Shown in pieces: positions 1-8,738 of a stretch of 64,000 nucleotides of DNA; the stretch's first letter is position 1; the number at the start of each line of letters is the position of its first letter. The notes under the pieces are model-generated. The model ran no database searches. It was not told where the DNA came from and worked only from the letters and a program-made list of their open reading frames with translations. The position numbers and the translations under genes were made by a program. Source of the stretch: Candidatus Sumerlaeales bacterium (GTDB lineage: Bacteria > Sumerlaeota > Sumerlaeia > Sumerlaeales > Sumerlaeaceae). Location of the stretch: the NCBI GenBank assembly GCA_038243585.1, contig JBBSQY010000003.1, positions 1 to 64,000 of the forward strand, read 5' to 3'.

Positions 1-431
<431 letters not shown>

Positions 432-582
432 ATTTTTTATTAATTTGTATATTCGCCTCGAGAGTCTCTCAAGTGCGTCTTGTTTAACCAGCTCCTTATA
501 AACACAATCTCAAAAACTACTATTCATAGGACCTAGTCTGTCCGGCGCGGCTTTAAAGCCTGCGACGGAATTAGACAAAGTT

Positions 583-700
583 TCCCGGCGATTTTAGCGA
601 GAGGGTCACACCCGTTCCCATTCCGAACACGGCAGTTAAGCCTCTCAGCGTCAATGGTACTATGTGGGTAACTGCATGGGAGAGTAGAACGTCGCCGGGT
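583..700 (+). rRNA. rrf: 5S rRNA
   Basis: Terminal stem CCCGGCGA...TCGCCGGG, conserved CACCCGTTCCCATTCCGAACACGG and GGGAGAGTAG; follows 23S. Confidence 0.97.
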
Positions 701-707
701 TTTAATT

Positions 708-756
708 AATAGCCCCTCTAATCTGTATACCAGATTGCAGGGGCTATTTTGTTTTT
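708..756 (+). terminator. Intrinsic terminator of the rRNA operon
   Basis: AATAGCCCCT...AGGGGCTATT stem with inner AATCTG/CAGATT, followed by a T-rich tract. Confidence 0.8.
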
Positions 757-794
757 ATATACTAGTGCTCTTATTTCCTAGCCGCAAGGCTAAT

Positions 795-819
795 AAAAAG
801 GCCTCCGTTTCCGGAGGCC
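795..819 (-). terminator. Intrinsic terminator for the minus-strand gene ending at 882
   Basis: GGCCTCCG-TTTC-CGGAGGCC hairpin preceded by an A run on + (U tract on -). Confidence 0.75.
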
Positions 820-881
820 AAATTACACTGCATAACCTAAATATTACATATTATCCATATAGCCAGGGCAATTTTATTAGA

Positions 882-1655
882 TCAGTATACAGACCAGTCT
901 GAAACAGAAGCTATCGGTATGTAAGTTAGGTTGTCATGATAAGCAAACTGGGTTGGAATACTCGCGCCAGCGCCAGTATTGATTACGTGTTGAAACCCGA
1001 TTTTGCCTGGTGCCGCAGCGTTTACCGGGATAGCAGGTGAAACCAATTCATAGACCCCGTCTAAATCTCTGTCCACCGACATGAACGCTTCGGCTCCCAC
1101 CATTCGAAGTTTGAAGCGAACCCACCTTGCGACAGGTTCGGCGCCAGTCCCGAAGGCATTGTATGTACTAGTAGATCCACCGGCTCTCCACCCGTATCCA
1201 TCCGGTAAGGTACTTGTTTTGCGGGAGTAAAATATATGGAAGACGGAAAACCCGCTTGTCCATCGGCCAAATATGCCGACTTGATAACGTTCGGAATACG
1301 TCGGGTTAATATAAATTTCGGCTGTTGCCTCAAAATCCGTTGTTGTACCCGTCGTTCCACCGGCCCGGCCGTCGTAAACCGCAGTGCTTACTCCGTTAGG
1401 TTGAACATCTGAGCCAGTACGCAGCCATTTACTATTATTGTAGCCCGCGGCAACATTCGGTGGAACGGCATAAGGTGGAGAGTCTGCAGGGGTGTTTTCG
1501 CCGGATACAAAAACAGTATTGCCACCCGCTACATCGGTAAAACCATCCGCATCTGCCGCCTCTTCAAAATCCAAACTAAAAGCGCTGTCATACGACCAGC
1601 CGAAAGCGGGCAATGCGGCCAGTACTGCTATAGCAAAAAAATAAGCTGGTTTCAT
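882..1655 (-). CDS. Secreted hypothetical protein, probable beta-sandwich/lectin-like, with C-terminal ASVSDWSVY motif
   Basis: 257 aa ORF, GGGAG RBS, Sec signal peptide (MKPAYFFAIAVLAALPAFG), beta-rich composition, DRDLDG calcium-loop-like motif. Confidence 0.8.
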   Translation of the reverse strand: MKPAYFFAIAVLAALPAFGWSYDSAFSLDFEEAADADGFTDVAGGNTVFVSGENTPADSPPYAVPPNVAAGYNNSKWLRTGSDVQPNGVSTAVYDGRAGGTTGTTTDFEATAEIYINPTYSERYQVGIFGRWTSGFSVFHIFYSRKTSTLPDGYGWRAGGSTSTYNAFGTGAEPVARWVRFKLRMVGAEAFMSVDRDLDGVYELVSPAIPVNAAAPGKIGFQHVINTGAGASIPTQFAYHDNLTYIPIASVSDWSVY

Positions 1656-1741
1656 ATATTGCTCCCATTAAGGTAGAATAATCTTTCATTAATATCGGAG
1701 CGCAAAGAGTCAAAGCAATTGAACTGTCATAGTAAAAGAAT

Positions 1742-2809
1742 TTAGTTTGTCGTAGTCGCGGCTCTATTAAGCCTGTCTGTTATTCCTGCCCAGATGGGGC
1801 TGGAAGGAGGCTGTTCGCACACAATAACTTCTAAATTATAGGAATCAAGGAGATGCAGAGCTGCGTAGAGTTGTTTTGCGTACGCGGTAGGCTCCTCAGG
1901 CATGTCAACCACGGCTGGCGAAGAGTTGTTTTCGGGATTTTCTACCTTCATGATGGCCTCTGTACAGTCGAAGCCAAAAGTAGTTTCCGCAGAAACTCGC
2001 ATGTATCCTACTTTTTTTCCCTGTAACAGTAGGCTAGAAACCGTTTCTGCCGCTTCGTGTTTATGTCTAAGAAGAAGCAGTGTTGTGGGGGCGTAGTGGA
2101 CAGGCATCTGACCTGGAGATTGTGGAATATTTTTTCCCAAATGATCAACAGCTGGATTTGTGAGTGCCACCTGTATTCCGCACCGTTCAAGTATCGCGGC
2201 GGGAATTGGCCCTGGTCTCAGAATCTGTGCTGGACTGGTCACCAAGCTCAATACTGTCGATTCAATCCCGGCCTTACATGGGCCGCCATCCAGCACAAGA
2301 GGAATTCTCCCGTCTAGTGACGCAATCACATGCGCGGCAGTTGAAGGAGAGATATAATTACTTCGGTTTGCGCTTGGCGCTGCCAGTGGAAACTTACATG
2401 CTCTCAACAGCGCCAATGCTACCGGGTGGTCCGGGCAACGAATTGCGACCGTTTCGCCTCCCGCTGTTACGATCCCGGGTATTTTACTGTTTTTTTTCAA
2501 GACTAACGACAATGGCCCAGGCCAGAATGCAAGCGCTAGCGCTTCTGCTTCCGGCGTCCAGTCAGAAGTTAATCCACGCGCCTCTTCAATATCTGAGACA
2601 TGGATAATTAAAGGATTGTGTGCTGGTCGCCCCTTAGCAGCGAAAATTTTTGCAACCGAAGCCTCATCGAGGGCATTTGCCCCAAGCCCGTAAACAGTCT
2701 CTGTGGGAAATGCGACAACATCTCCCGACCTTAGCAGAGATGATGCATGCGCCAGCGCAGACATATTGATTCCGTCGCTACCGTAGGCATTTAATATGTG
2801 CGTTTCCAA
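1742..2809 (-). CDS. sua5: L-threonylcarbamoyladenylate synthase (Sua5/TsaC2)
   Basis: Motifs VAFPTETVYGLG, AKGRPAHNPLI, PSAN, GIESTV, PGQMPVHYAP, plus C-terminal SUA5 domain. Confidence 0.95.
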   Translation of the reverse strand: METHILNAYGSDGINMSALAHASSLLRSGDVVAFPTETVYGLGANALDEASVAKIFAAKGRPAHNPLIIHVSDIEEARGLTSDWTPEAEALALAFWPGPLSLVLKKNSKIPGIVTAGGETVAIRCPDHPVALALLRACKFPLAAPSANRSNYISPSTAAHVIASLDGRIPLVLDGGPCKAGIESTVLSLVTSPAQILRPGPIPAAILERCGIQVALTNPAVDHLGKNIPQSPGQMPVHYAPTTLLLLRHKHEAAETVSSLLLQGKKVGYMRVSAETTFGFDCTEAIMKVENPENNSSPAVVDMPEEPTAYAKQLYAALHLLDSYNLEVIVCEQPPSSPIWAGITDRLNRAATTTN

Positions 2810-2814
2810 TGTTG

Positions 2815-3981
2815 TTATTTTGAGTTATACGATTGAAATTGATCTACACTGGCAGGATTTTGTGTGGCCAATATGGCACGTAGTGCAGGCTCATATTTTA
2901 AGGCTATCTGATAAAATCCAAGGTCCGTTGGATGTGTCCCGTCCACAGTTGCCTCTTCGCGCGTGTTGTACATTTCATTGTTTGTCAGGTAATGGAGCTT
3001 AGTCATTCCGTCTGCAGTCATCTGTTCAAACGCCTTACGCCATTCGATGTTCCGATCGTTGTTTTTTGCATTTGGGCTTTCGACCATTAAAATGGTAGTA
3101 TCGGGTTGCTTGGACCGAAGAGCGGTAATAAAAGGTACAGCACGCGAGGTGACCATAGCGGCATCCATGTTTGCTACAGTTTCTACAACGTAGATTGCGG
3201 CGGAAATTTCTGCCAGTACATCCGCCATAATCAGTTCGCACTTCCCGCTTCCACTAAATCCGAGATTAATTGATGGGTGATCAAGCCAGCGCCGTAAAAT
3301 ACTCGTATGGGCCATTCCGGGCCGCGATGCACATCCCCCCTGAGTTATAGATGTTCCATAATATACAATCGGAAGGTTGTTAACGTACCTGTTCGTCCCT
3401 GCGGCAATATTCGCGGTTTGGCCTATTCCAATCTCCACTTTGTCTACTTTGCTATATAACGGCAGGAAAAGAAGGTACTCCGTCGCCGTCATGGCTTTCC
3501 CTGTCTGTAATACTTTCTCGTTTTGTACCCCAGACGGCATTCCAATCCCACGGAAAACCCATTTGTTATTCTCAAGCGCATACAAATCAACTCCACTGGT
3601 TCCAGTCCAAGGCATATGAGACATAGGGTCTTTAACATCTCCCCACTTGACGGAAATATCGGGTGAGTTTGTAACGAAACGAAGAGCAACTCCAGCCGCA
3701 CTAACTGAGTTAGTCCAAACGCCGCCTGTTACCTGACCTTGGTATTTTTTAGCCAGGCGCGAATATGAGGTTTCGGTATCTGTGAAACCGCGGCCTTCCA
3801 GCGTTAGATATTTCCCGTCGATCCAGCGCAATGTTGACTTAGGGTTTACCGTCGAACTGGTGGTTTCAATGGAGCTGGATTGTAACCACGAAGTCGGATC
3901 CGGAACTGCGGCATTAACTACCTGAATGAGTGAACAGATTCCTGTCACCGCTAAAATTTTGACAGCAAAACGGTTTTCCAT
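2815..3981 (-). CDS. Secreted SGNH/GDSL hydrolase with N-terminal GxDLY domain
   Basis: Signal peptide, GVDLY, YGTSITQG (block I Ser), NLGFSGSG, DGTHPTDLG (block V). Confidence 0.9.
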   Translation of the reverse strand: MENRFAVKILAVTGICSLIQVVNAAVPDPTSWLQSSSIETTSSTVNPKSTLRWIDGKYLTLEGRGFTDTETSYSRLAKKYQGQVTGGVWTNSVSAAGVALRFVTNSPDISVKWGDVKDPMSHMPWTGTSGVDLYALENNKWVFRGIGMPSGVQNEKVLQTGKAMTATEYLLFLPLYSKVDKVEIGIGQTANIAAGTNRYVNNLPIVYYGTSITQGGCASRPGMAHTSILRRWLDHPSINLGFSGSGKCELIMADVLAEISAAIYVVETVANMDAAMVTSRAVPFITALRSKQPDTTILMVESPNAKNNDRNIEWRKAFEQMTADGMTKLHYLTNNEMYNTREEATVDGTHPTDLGFYQIALKYEPALRAILATQNPASVDQFQSYNSK

Positions 3982-4069
3982 GGATTAGCGCCTTTTGTTT
4001 GGAGTGGACGACAATTAAGTTATAATTCGGGATTTGTAGGCTTAAACCACGTAGTCAATTTTTTGGTGG

Positions 4070-4891
4070 CTAGGCTTGGCCAGTTAAATCACTGGGCGGG
4101 GTAAAATCGGTGCGATTTCTTCGTGTAGGTATATTCCAATAATGTGCAAGCGCCCGTTCTATTGCTGCCGCCTGCATTGTGTCGCTGGAAAATGCGCCGG
4201 TTTCATTGACGTTCTGGCCGATAGCTCCTTCGGCGCTTGAACGTTTAATGAGGGATACCGCCAGTTTGTCTGCTGCTACAATCCATACATCACGGTTGTC
4301 TTGATCTACCCGTATCGTCGATCCCTGAGGTACGCACAGCACGGCCTGGCAACGCAGACTAGTTTGAGGCACCACCTCATTAATAACCTCACCGACAGCC
4401 TTGTCTTCATCAAGCAATTGTTCCAAGTCGGCTGATCGGGCCCACCCGTTAGTATCCAAAGTGGCGGAAGATTTAATAGTGTACACTCCCGACGGTCCAA
4501 CGATAATATGATCAACCCAATGGTCATGCGCCTGCACATGACTAAATATGGCAAACCGATCGTCCAATTGAGAAAGCACCTTGTCCAGTCGTTGATCCAC
4601 GTTAACTTCTCCGCGAGTAACTACATGCATGGATAGGAGTGACCTGTTCATAACAAACAAAAGCACGAGAGCAGCAACCGCTACGACAATTGCTGCGACT
4701 ATAGAAAGTGTTGGATCGATGCGCCCGCGGCTCAAATAATACAGGACTACCGCCGCCAGCACAATTCCCGGAGCTGCTATCCAAAAACGAATTAGGGCTT
4801 TGCGTGTTACCGGATCAAACGACGTGAGACGCGATCCTTCAACGTCCTGTAGTTGGCTGTTTTCTTCCGGAAATTCGTAAATTCTTGCCAC
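4070..4891 (-). CDS. Membrane protein with NERD-like domain
   Basis: Two N-terminal TM helices, then RGExxV and VDHIIVGPSGV resembling NERD motifs. Confidence 0.7.
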   Translation of the reverse strand: MARIYEFPEENSQLQDVEGSRLTSFDPVTRKALIRFWIAAPGIVLAAVVLYYLSRGRIDPTLSIVAAIVVAVAALVLLFVMNRSLLSMHVVTRGEVNVDQRLDKVLSQLDDRFAIFSHVQAHDHWVDHIIVGPSGVYTIKSSATLDTNGWARSADLEQLLDEDKAVGEVINEVVPQTSLRCQAVLCVPQGSTIRVDQDNRDVWIVAADKLAVSLIKRSSAEGAIGQNVNETGAFSSDTMQAAAIERALAHYWNIPTRRNRTDFTPPSDLTGQA

Positions 4892-4978
4892 GCTTAGGTT
4901 CCTTAACTGCTGCTGATAATGTATAATTTCCCTGATTTACACAATTTGCGCATGAAGAATGCCAAGAAACTCGGATAA

Positions 4979-5935
4979 TTATTTGCCTGGCGCCAGCAAC
5001 TCGTCCACCCGCGAAAAAGAATATCCACGCTGCTTTAGTTTTGTCACCAGATTATCCAGATGGTTATATAGGTGATCTTTGGTTCGGCCCGGTCCAGCTC
5101 CTATGTGCATTAATAACAGGAAGCCGTTCATGCCATCAGGATCTTTGGACTCGAAATCTAAAATGGACTGTACCATTTCCTCGGATGTAACATAATTGGG
5201 ATCATCGTCCTGCATATAATCCGCGTGGCTCCGCGTTCCGCGGGTCAGGTTAATGAGCGACAGTCCTTTCATCGTAGTCCAGTCGGATATTTCCTCGGTA
5301 TAATGTTCGTAAGGCGGTATGAAAAAACGCGCCTGCTGCTGCGACAACCCGAACTTTTCAAGTTCACGCATGTTAGCGTCCAGATCGGCGTTAAAATCTT
5401 GCTGGGTAATCTCAAGTTTTGGCGGATTATCCCATGACGCGTAAAGGGGATGTTTGTCCGAGTGCGGCCCCAAATAATGGCCCTCGTCGCGAATCCGCTC
5501 GATAAGCAGGCGAAATTTAGGATCCCGATAGAAATCGCCAATAAAGAAAAACGACGCCTTAATACCCTGGTTTTTTAAGGTTTCCAGGATTGTTGTTCCG
5601 CCATCCGCAAAGCTTCCACCCGTAAACTCCAGCGCGATGACTTTTTTATCCCGCGGACCTCGCACGATACATCCACGGTCCAGAGTTACCGTCGTTCGAT
5701 TATCAGCAACTTGTTCCGATGCCATGGCTTTTTCCTGTCCAGTTATAGTTTGTGTTGTTGCCTTCGCAATTCCGGGCAGCGCAAAACTTAACAGCCCGAG
5801 GCCACAAAATCCAATTATTTGTAAACCGGAGCAAATGGGTCTTCTCATTTTTAAACCACTGCTGCTATTCTTATGAGGGGTGTGAACTGGTGTCAGCGTA
5901 TTGCGCTTTGGTGTACCTTTTGGTTCCATCTGCAT
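4979..5935 (-). CDS. Polysaccharide deacetylase (CE4/NodB) family protein
   Basis: ASFFFIG, HYLGPHSDKH, FFIPPYE, LLLMH motifs; N-terminal hydrophobic segment. Start uncertain. Confidence 0.85.
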   Translation of the reverse strand: MQMEPKGTPKRNTLTPVHTPHKNSSSGLKMRRPICSGLQIIGFCGLGLLSFALPGIAKATTQTITGQEKAMASEQVADNRTTVTLDRGCIVRGPRDKKVIALEFTGGSFADGGTTILETLKNQGIKASFFFIGDFYRDPKFRLLIERIRDEGHYLGPHSDKHPLYASWDNPPKLEITQQDFNADLDANMRELEKFGLSQQQARFFIPPYEHYTEEISDWTTMKGLSLINLTRGTRSHADYMQDDDPNYVTSEEMVQSILDFESKDPDGMNGFLLLMHIGAGPGRTKDHLYNHLDNLVTKLKQRGYSFSRVDELLAPGK

Positions 5936-5937
5936 TT

Positions 5938-7272
5938 TTAATTCCCCCCCGCCGCAGGACGTTCCTGCTGAATTTCCGACATTGTAATCTGAGATTTCCA
6001 TAGGCAGTAAAGTCCAATTCCGGTAATGGGGAAATATTGAAGTGCATGCACTATTAAAGCGTAAGCCATAATCCTGTTTGGATTGGTGTCAATTGCGAGA
6101 ATGACCATGCCGAACTTAATGCCTAGTTCCATTAAGCCCCAATAGCCGGGCGCGGCAGGGATTAAAATCGCAAGGCAGGTGATCACCATAAGCGCTGTCG
6201 CCTCCGACATTGTCATCGCCTGCATACCATCAAAACCATAAGGCATGATCTGCATACTCCATGCAATGGTCATCCAGACCGCAATGGATTGGGCTGTAAT
6301 AATGGCAATCAGGCGTGGGCTTCGTAGCGACTGCATACCTTCTGCAAACGTTTGCGTAAGCGAAATCAGTCCCTTACGCAACCCGACTGGCAACATCGGA
6401 AACCCCGTGATGATTTGCCGTATTACGCGACCCGCCGCTGGCCAAACCAGCAAAAGTGCTCCCGCCAGCAGTACCACGCTGGCCATGGCGACTTTTGTAG
6501 AAAGTTGTTTTAAAGTTACGCCATTGATTTCATATTCGGACCCGTATGCGACTACCTCAGGCAGAACCGCAAGCAAAACCGGGGAGACCAGGAGCAGAAT
6601 AAAGCCGCTTGCTAAAAATGTTTTGCTAATGATGGAAAGGTGCCGCTTGGCATTTTCTACTCTGAAACGCTTCAGCACTGCAAACCCAACAGATACAAGA
6701 ACAGCTCCGAAGATTAGAGAGGCACTGGCGAGCACCAAGCGGCTCATCTCGCCTTTGGTACTGTAAGGATAGCTAATGTCCGGGTTGATTTTCAAGGTGG
6801 TAAAAACGTAAACCAGCAGGCCCAGCAGGATGAACATATCAAAGATGCGCTCTACAACGATGGTCCCAAAAACCCGCGGAAACGGCAGGTTCTCTTGACG
6901 AGCCAGCACGTAAGGTCTAGCAAACTCCCCGAGCCGCGCCGGCAAAAGACCATTCATGGCAAATCCTGCCATCATAGGGCCGAACAGCCGCGCCGTGGAA
7001 AGATCAGCCGTAGGTAGCAGAAAATAACGCCATCTCCAAGCCCGAAGCCACATGCTGAATAGGGTAAGGGCGAGGAACGGTGCCGCCCACCACCAGTTAA
7101 AGGTTGATAATGCCAGCCACAGATCGCGAAGATTTACGCCCCGCAAGGCGAGATACAGAAATACTAGACTTAGCGCAATGCCGAAAATCAGTTGTATACG
7201 CGGGTTTTTCATCCAGTTTGTTGGCTTTCTTATTAATAACTTAGAAGTACACTCATTGTCACTGCCTGCCAT
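5938..7272 (-). CDS. Lysylphosphatidylglycerol synthase TM region / flippase-like (UPF0104) protein
   Basis: LRAWRWR, NGLLPARLGE, VVERIFD, IPAAPGYWG motifs; multiple TM helices. Confidence 0.88.
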   Translation of the reverse strand: MAGSDNECTSKLLIRKPTNWMKNPRIQLIFGIALSLVFLYLALRGVNLRDLWLALSTFNWWWAAPFLALTLFSMWLRAWRWRYFLLPTADLSTARLFGPMMAGFAMNGLLPARLGEFARPYVLARQENLPFPRVFGTIVVERIFDMFILLGLLVYVFTTLKINPDISYPYSTKGEMSRLVLASASLIFGAVLVSVGFAVLKRFRVENAKRHLSIISKTFLASGFILLLVSPVLLAVLPEVVAYGSEYEINGVTLKQLSTKVAMASVVLLAGALLLVWPAAGRVIRQIITGFPMLPVGLRKGLISLTQTFAEGMQSLRSPRLIAIITAQSIAVWMTIAWSMQIMPYGFDGMQAMTMSEATALMVITCLAILIPAAPGYWGLMELGIKFGMVILAIDTNPNRIMAYALIVHALQYFPITGIGLYCLWKSQITMSEIQQERPAAGGN

Positions 7273-7429
7273 CTATGTACACAAGGTGTTTTTCCATTAA
7301 GCGAGCGCAATGGATTTTATCACACTTAAACAGAAACCGTATGAAGTGCACAGCAGGCGCAATCAAAAGCAGGACTTTCTAATAAGGAACGTATCTGTTT
7401 AGAGAGTCTGGCTCTATAAAATTGTAAAC

Positions 7430-7524
7430 CTAACAGTTATTGTTAGCATTTTGTTAAAATTCGGCTATCGAGGTGCGAATATTCTTTGCGTGTCGTTGCT
7501 TTTATTAGCAAATTGTTAAAATTC
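7430..7524 (+). promoter_or_regulatory. Putative operator sites upstream of the XRE-NfeD-flotillin-PspA operon
   Basis: Two 20-bp near-identical copies (7443-7462 TTAGCATTTTGTTAAAATTC; 7505-7524 TTAGCAAATTGTTAAAATTC), each with imperfect dyad TTAGCA-N3-TGTTAA; also perfect dyad CTAACA-N5-TGTTAG at 7430-7446. Confidence 0.65.
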
Positions 7525-7536
7525 TAGGGCTTGTTT

Positions 7537-8070
7537 ATGAATCTTGCGGACAAAATGCAGCTTTTAAGGGGGCTAGAAGGAAACTTAAGAGGTCTTAAAC
7601 GGCCGCTGACGAAAAGCGAGGTGGCGCGTCTTGTTCAAGAGGAGCACTCTGATAAAATCAGCATAGCCTACCTTAGCCAGATAGAAAGCGGAAAACGACC
7701 TCATATGAGCGAAACCACTCGTGACCTGCTGGCGAGATTCTATAAGGTGCATCCCGGCTTTTTTGTCAGTGACCCTCTGGATTTCGACTCAAACGTTACG
7801 TCTGTTTCTATGGACGAGCACCGCCTTGACTCATGGATGTTTTCAGGAGCTCATCAATTCTCATTGTGTGATCCGGAGCTTGCTTCGGCATTGAGGGATC
7901 TAGCTAACCACGAAGACAGCCGCTCGATAATTTTGCTGATGAGTGAACTTGTCCGCAATCCTGAGCTGGTTGATCGACTGCGACGCACTGCAACACGACA
8001 ATCGTCTGATTCAGCTCCGAAGCATCGGGAAGTGCCACCTGAGGAAAATTTTGAAAAGGAGACACTATGA
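7537..8070 (+). CDS. XRE-family helix-turn-helix transcriptional regulator
   Basis: LTKSEVA...ISIAYLSQIESGKRPH Cro/C1-type HTH; ATGA overlap with next gene. Confidence 0.88.
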   Translation: MNLADKMQLLRGLEGNLRGLKRPLTKSEVARLVQEEHSDKISIAYLSQIESGKRPHMSETTRDLLARFYKVHPGFFVSDPLDFDSNVTSVSMDEHRLDSWMFSGAHQFSLCDPELASALRDLANHEDSRSIILLMSELVRNPELVDRLRRTATRQSSDSAPKHREVPPEENFEKETL

Positions 8071-8675
8071 CCGCACTATTTGCAAATATCTTTCTTGGAT
8101 GTTTTATCGTGGGTTTTCTGCTGGCTATCGGTAGTTTTATGATAGGGTTTGACAGCTCGGGCGGTGGTGATGGGTCCAGCGGAGGGGACGGCGCCGGCGA
8201 TCCGGGAGATGGAACTAGCCACGGGCCAGGCCTTCCAATACTTAATTTCAATTCGTTCGCCATATTTCTTACTTGGTTTGGCGCAGCAGGCTACGTGCTC
8301 AATTCCGAAGCGCGGCTAGGGCCCTTATTGTCATTGGCAGGTGCTGCCGGTGCCGGGATTATCGGAGCCCTTACTATTTGCGCGTTTGTAAATAAGTTTT
8401 TGATTAAGGGCGACACCACAATGCGTGCGTCTGATTACTACCTGCCGGGCACACTCTGTAAGGTTACATCCTCGATTAGAAAAGGCGGCGCGGGAGAGAT
8501 CGTTTATGTTCAAGGTGGAACCCGCAAAACAGCTGGGGCCCGAAGCGATGAGAACGCACCGCATCCATTTGGACAGGAGGTTGTGATTGTAAGGTACGAG
8601 AAAGGGCTGGCGTATGTGCGAGCAGTTGATCCTGATGATCTGGGGTTGTCTTCTGCCGACAATGCATCGGAGTAA
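8067..8675 (+). CDS. NfeD-like (YqiJ/YuaF-type) membrane protein with C-terminal OB fold
   Basis: Three TM segments, Gly/Asp linker, FLTWFGAAG, C-terminal GEIVY...EVVIVRYEKGLAYV; directly upstream of flotillin. Confidence 0.85.
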   Translation: MTALFANIFLGCFIVGFLLAIGSFMIGFDSSGGGDGSSGGDGAGDPGDGTSHGPGLPILNFNSFAIFLTWFGAAGYVLNSEARLGPLLSLAGAAGAGIIGALTICAFVNKFLIKGDTTMRASDYYLPGTLCKVTSSIRKGGAGEIVYVQGGTRKTAGARSDENAPHPFGQEVVIVRYEKGLAYVRAVDPDDLGLSSADNASE

Positions 8676-8738
8676 AATGTTATAAAGAGTTCATAACTGG
8701 CGCTTATCCGCGCCACATTTTAGCAACAGGAGAATTTT

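Noticed and set aside
536..576. tRNA or separate ncRNA in the 23S-5S spacer
   Set aside because: A single long hairpin with no cloverleaf; consistent with ordinary rRNA spacer structure.
7443..7524. TTAGCA repeats as CIRCE (HrcA) elements
   Set aside because: They do not match TTAGCACTC-N9-GAGTGCTAA beyond the first six bases.
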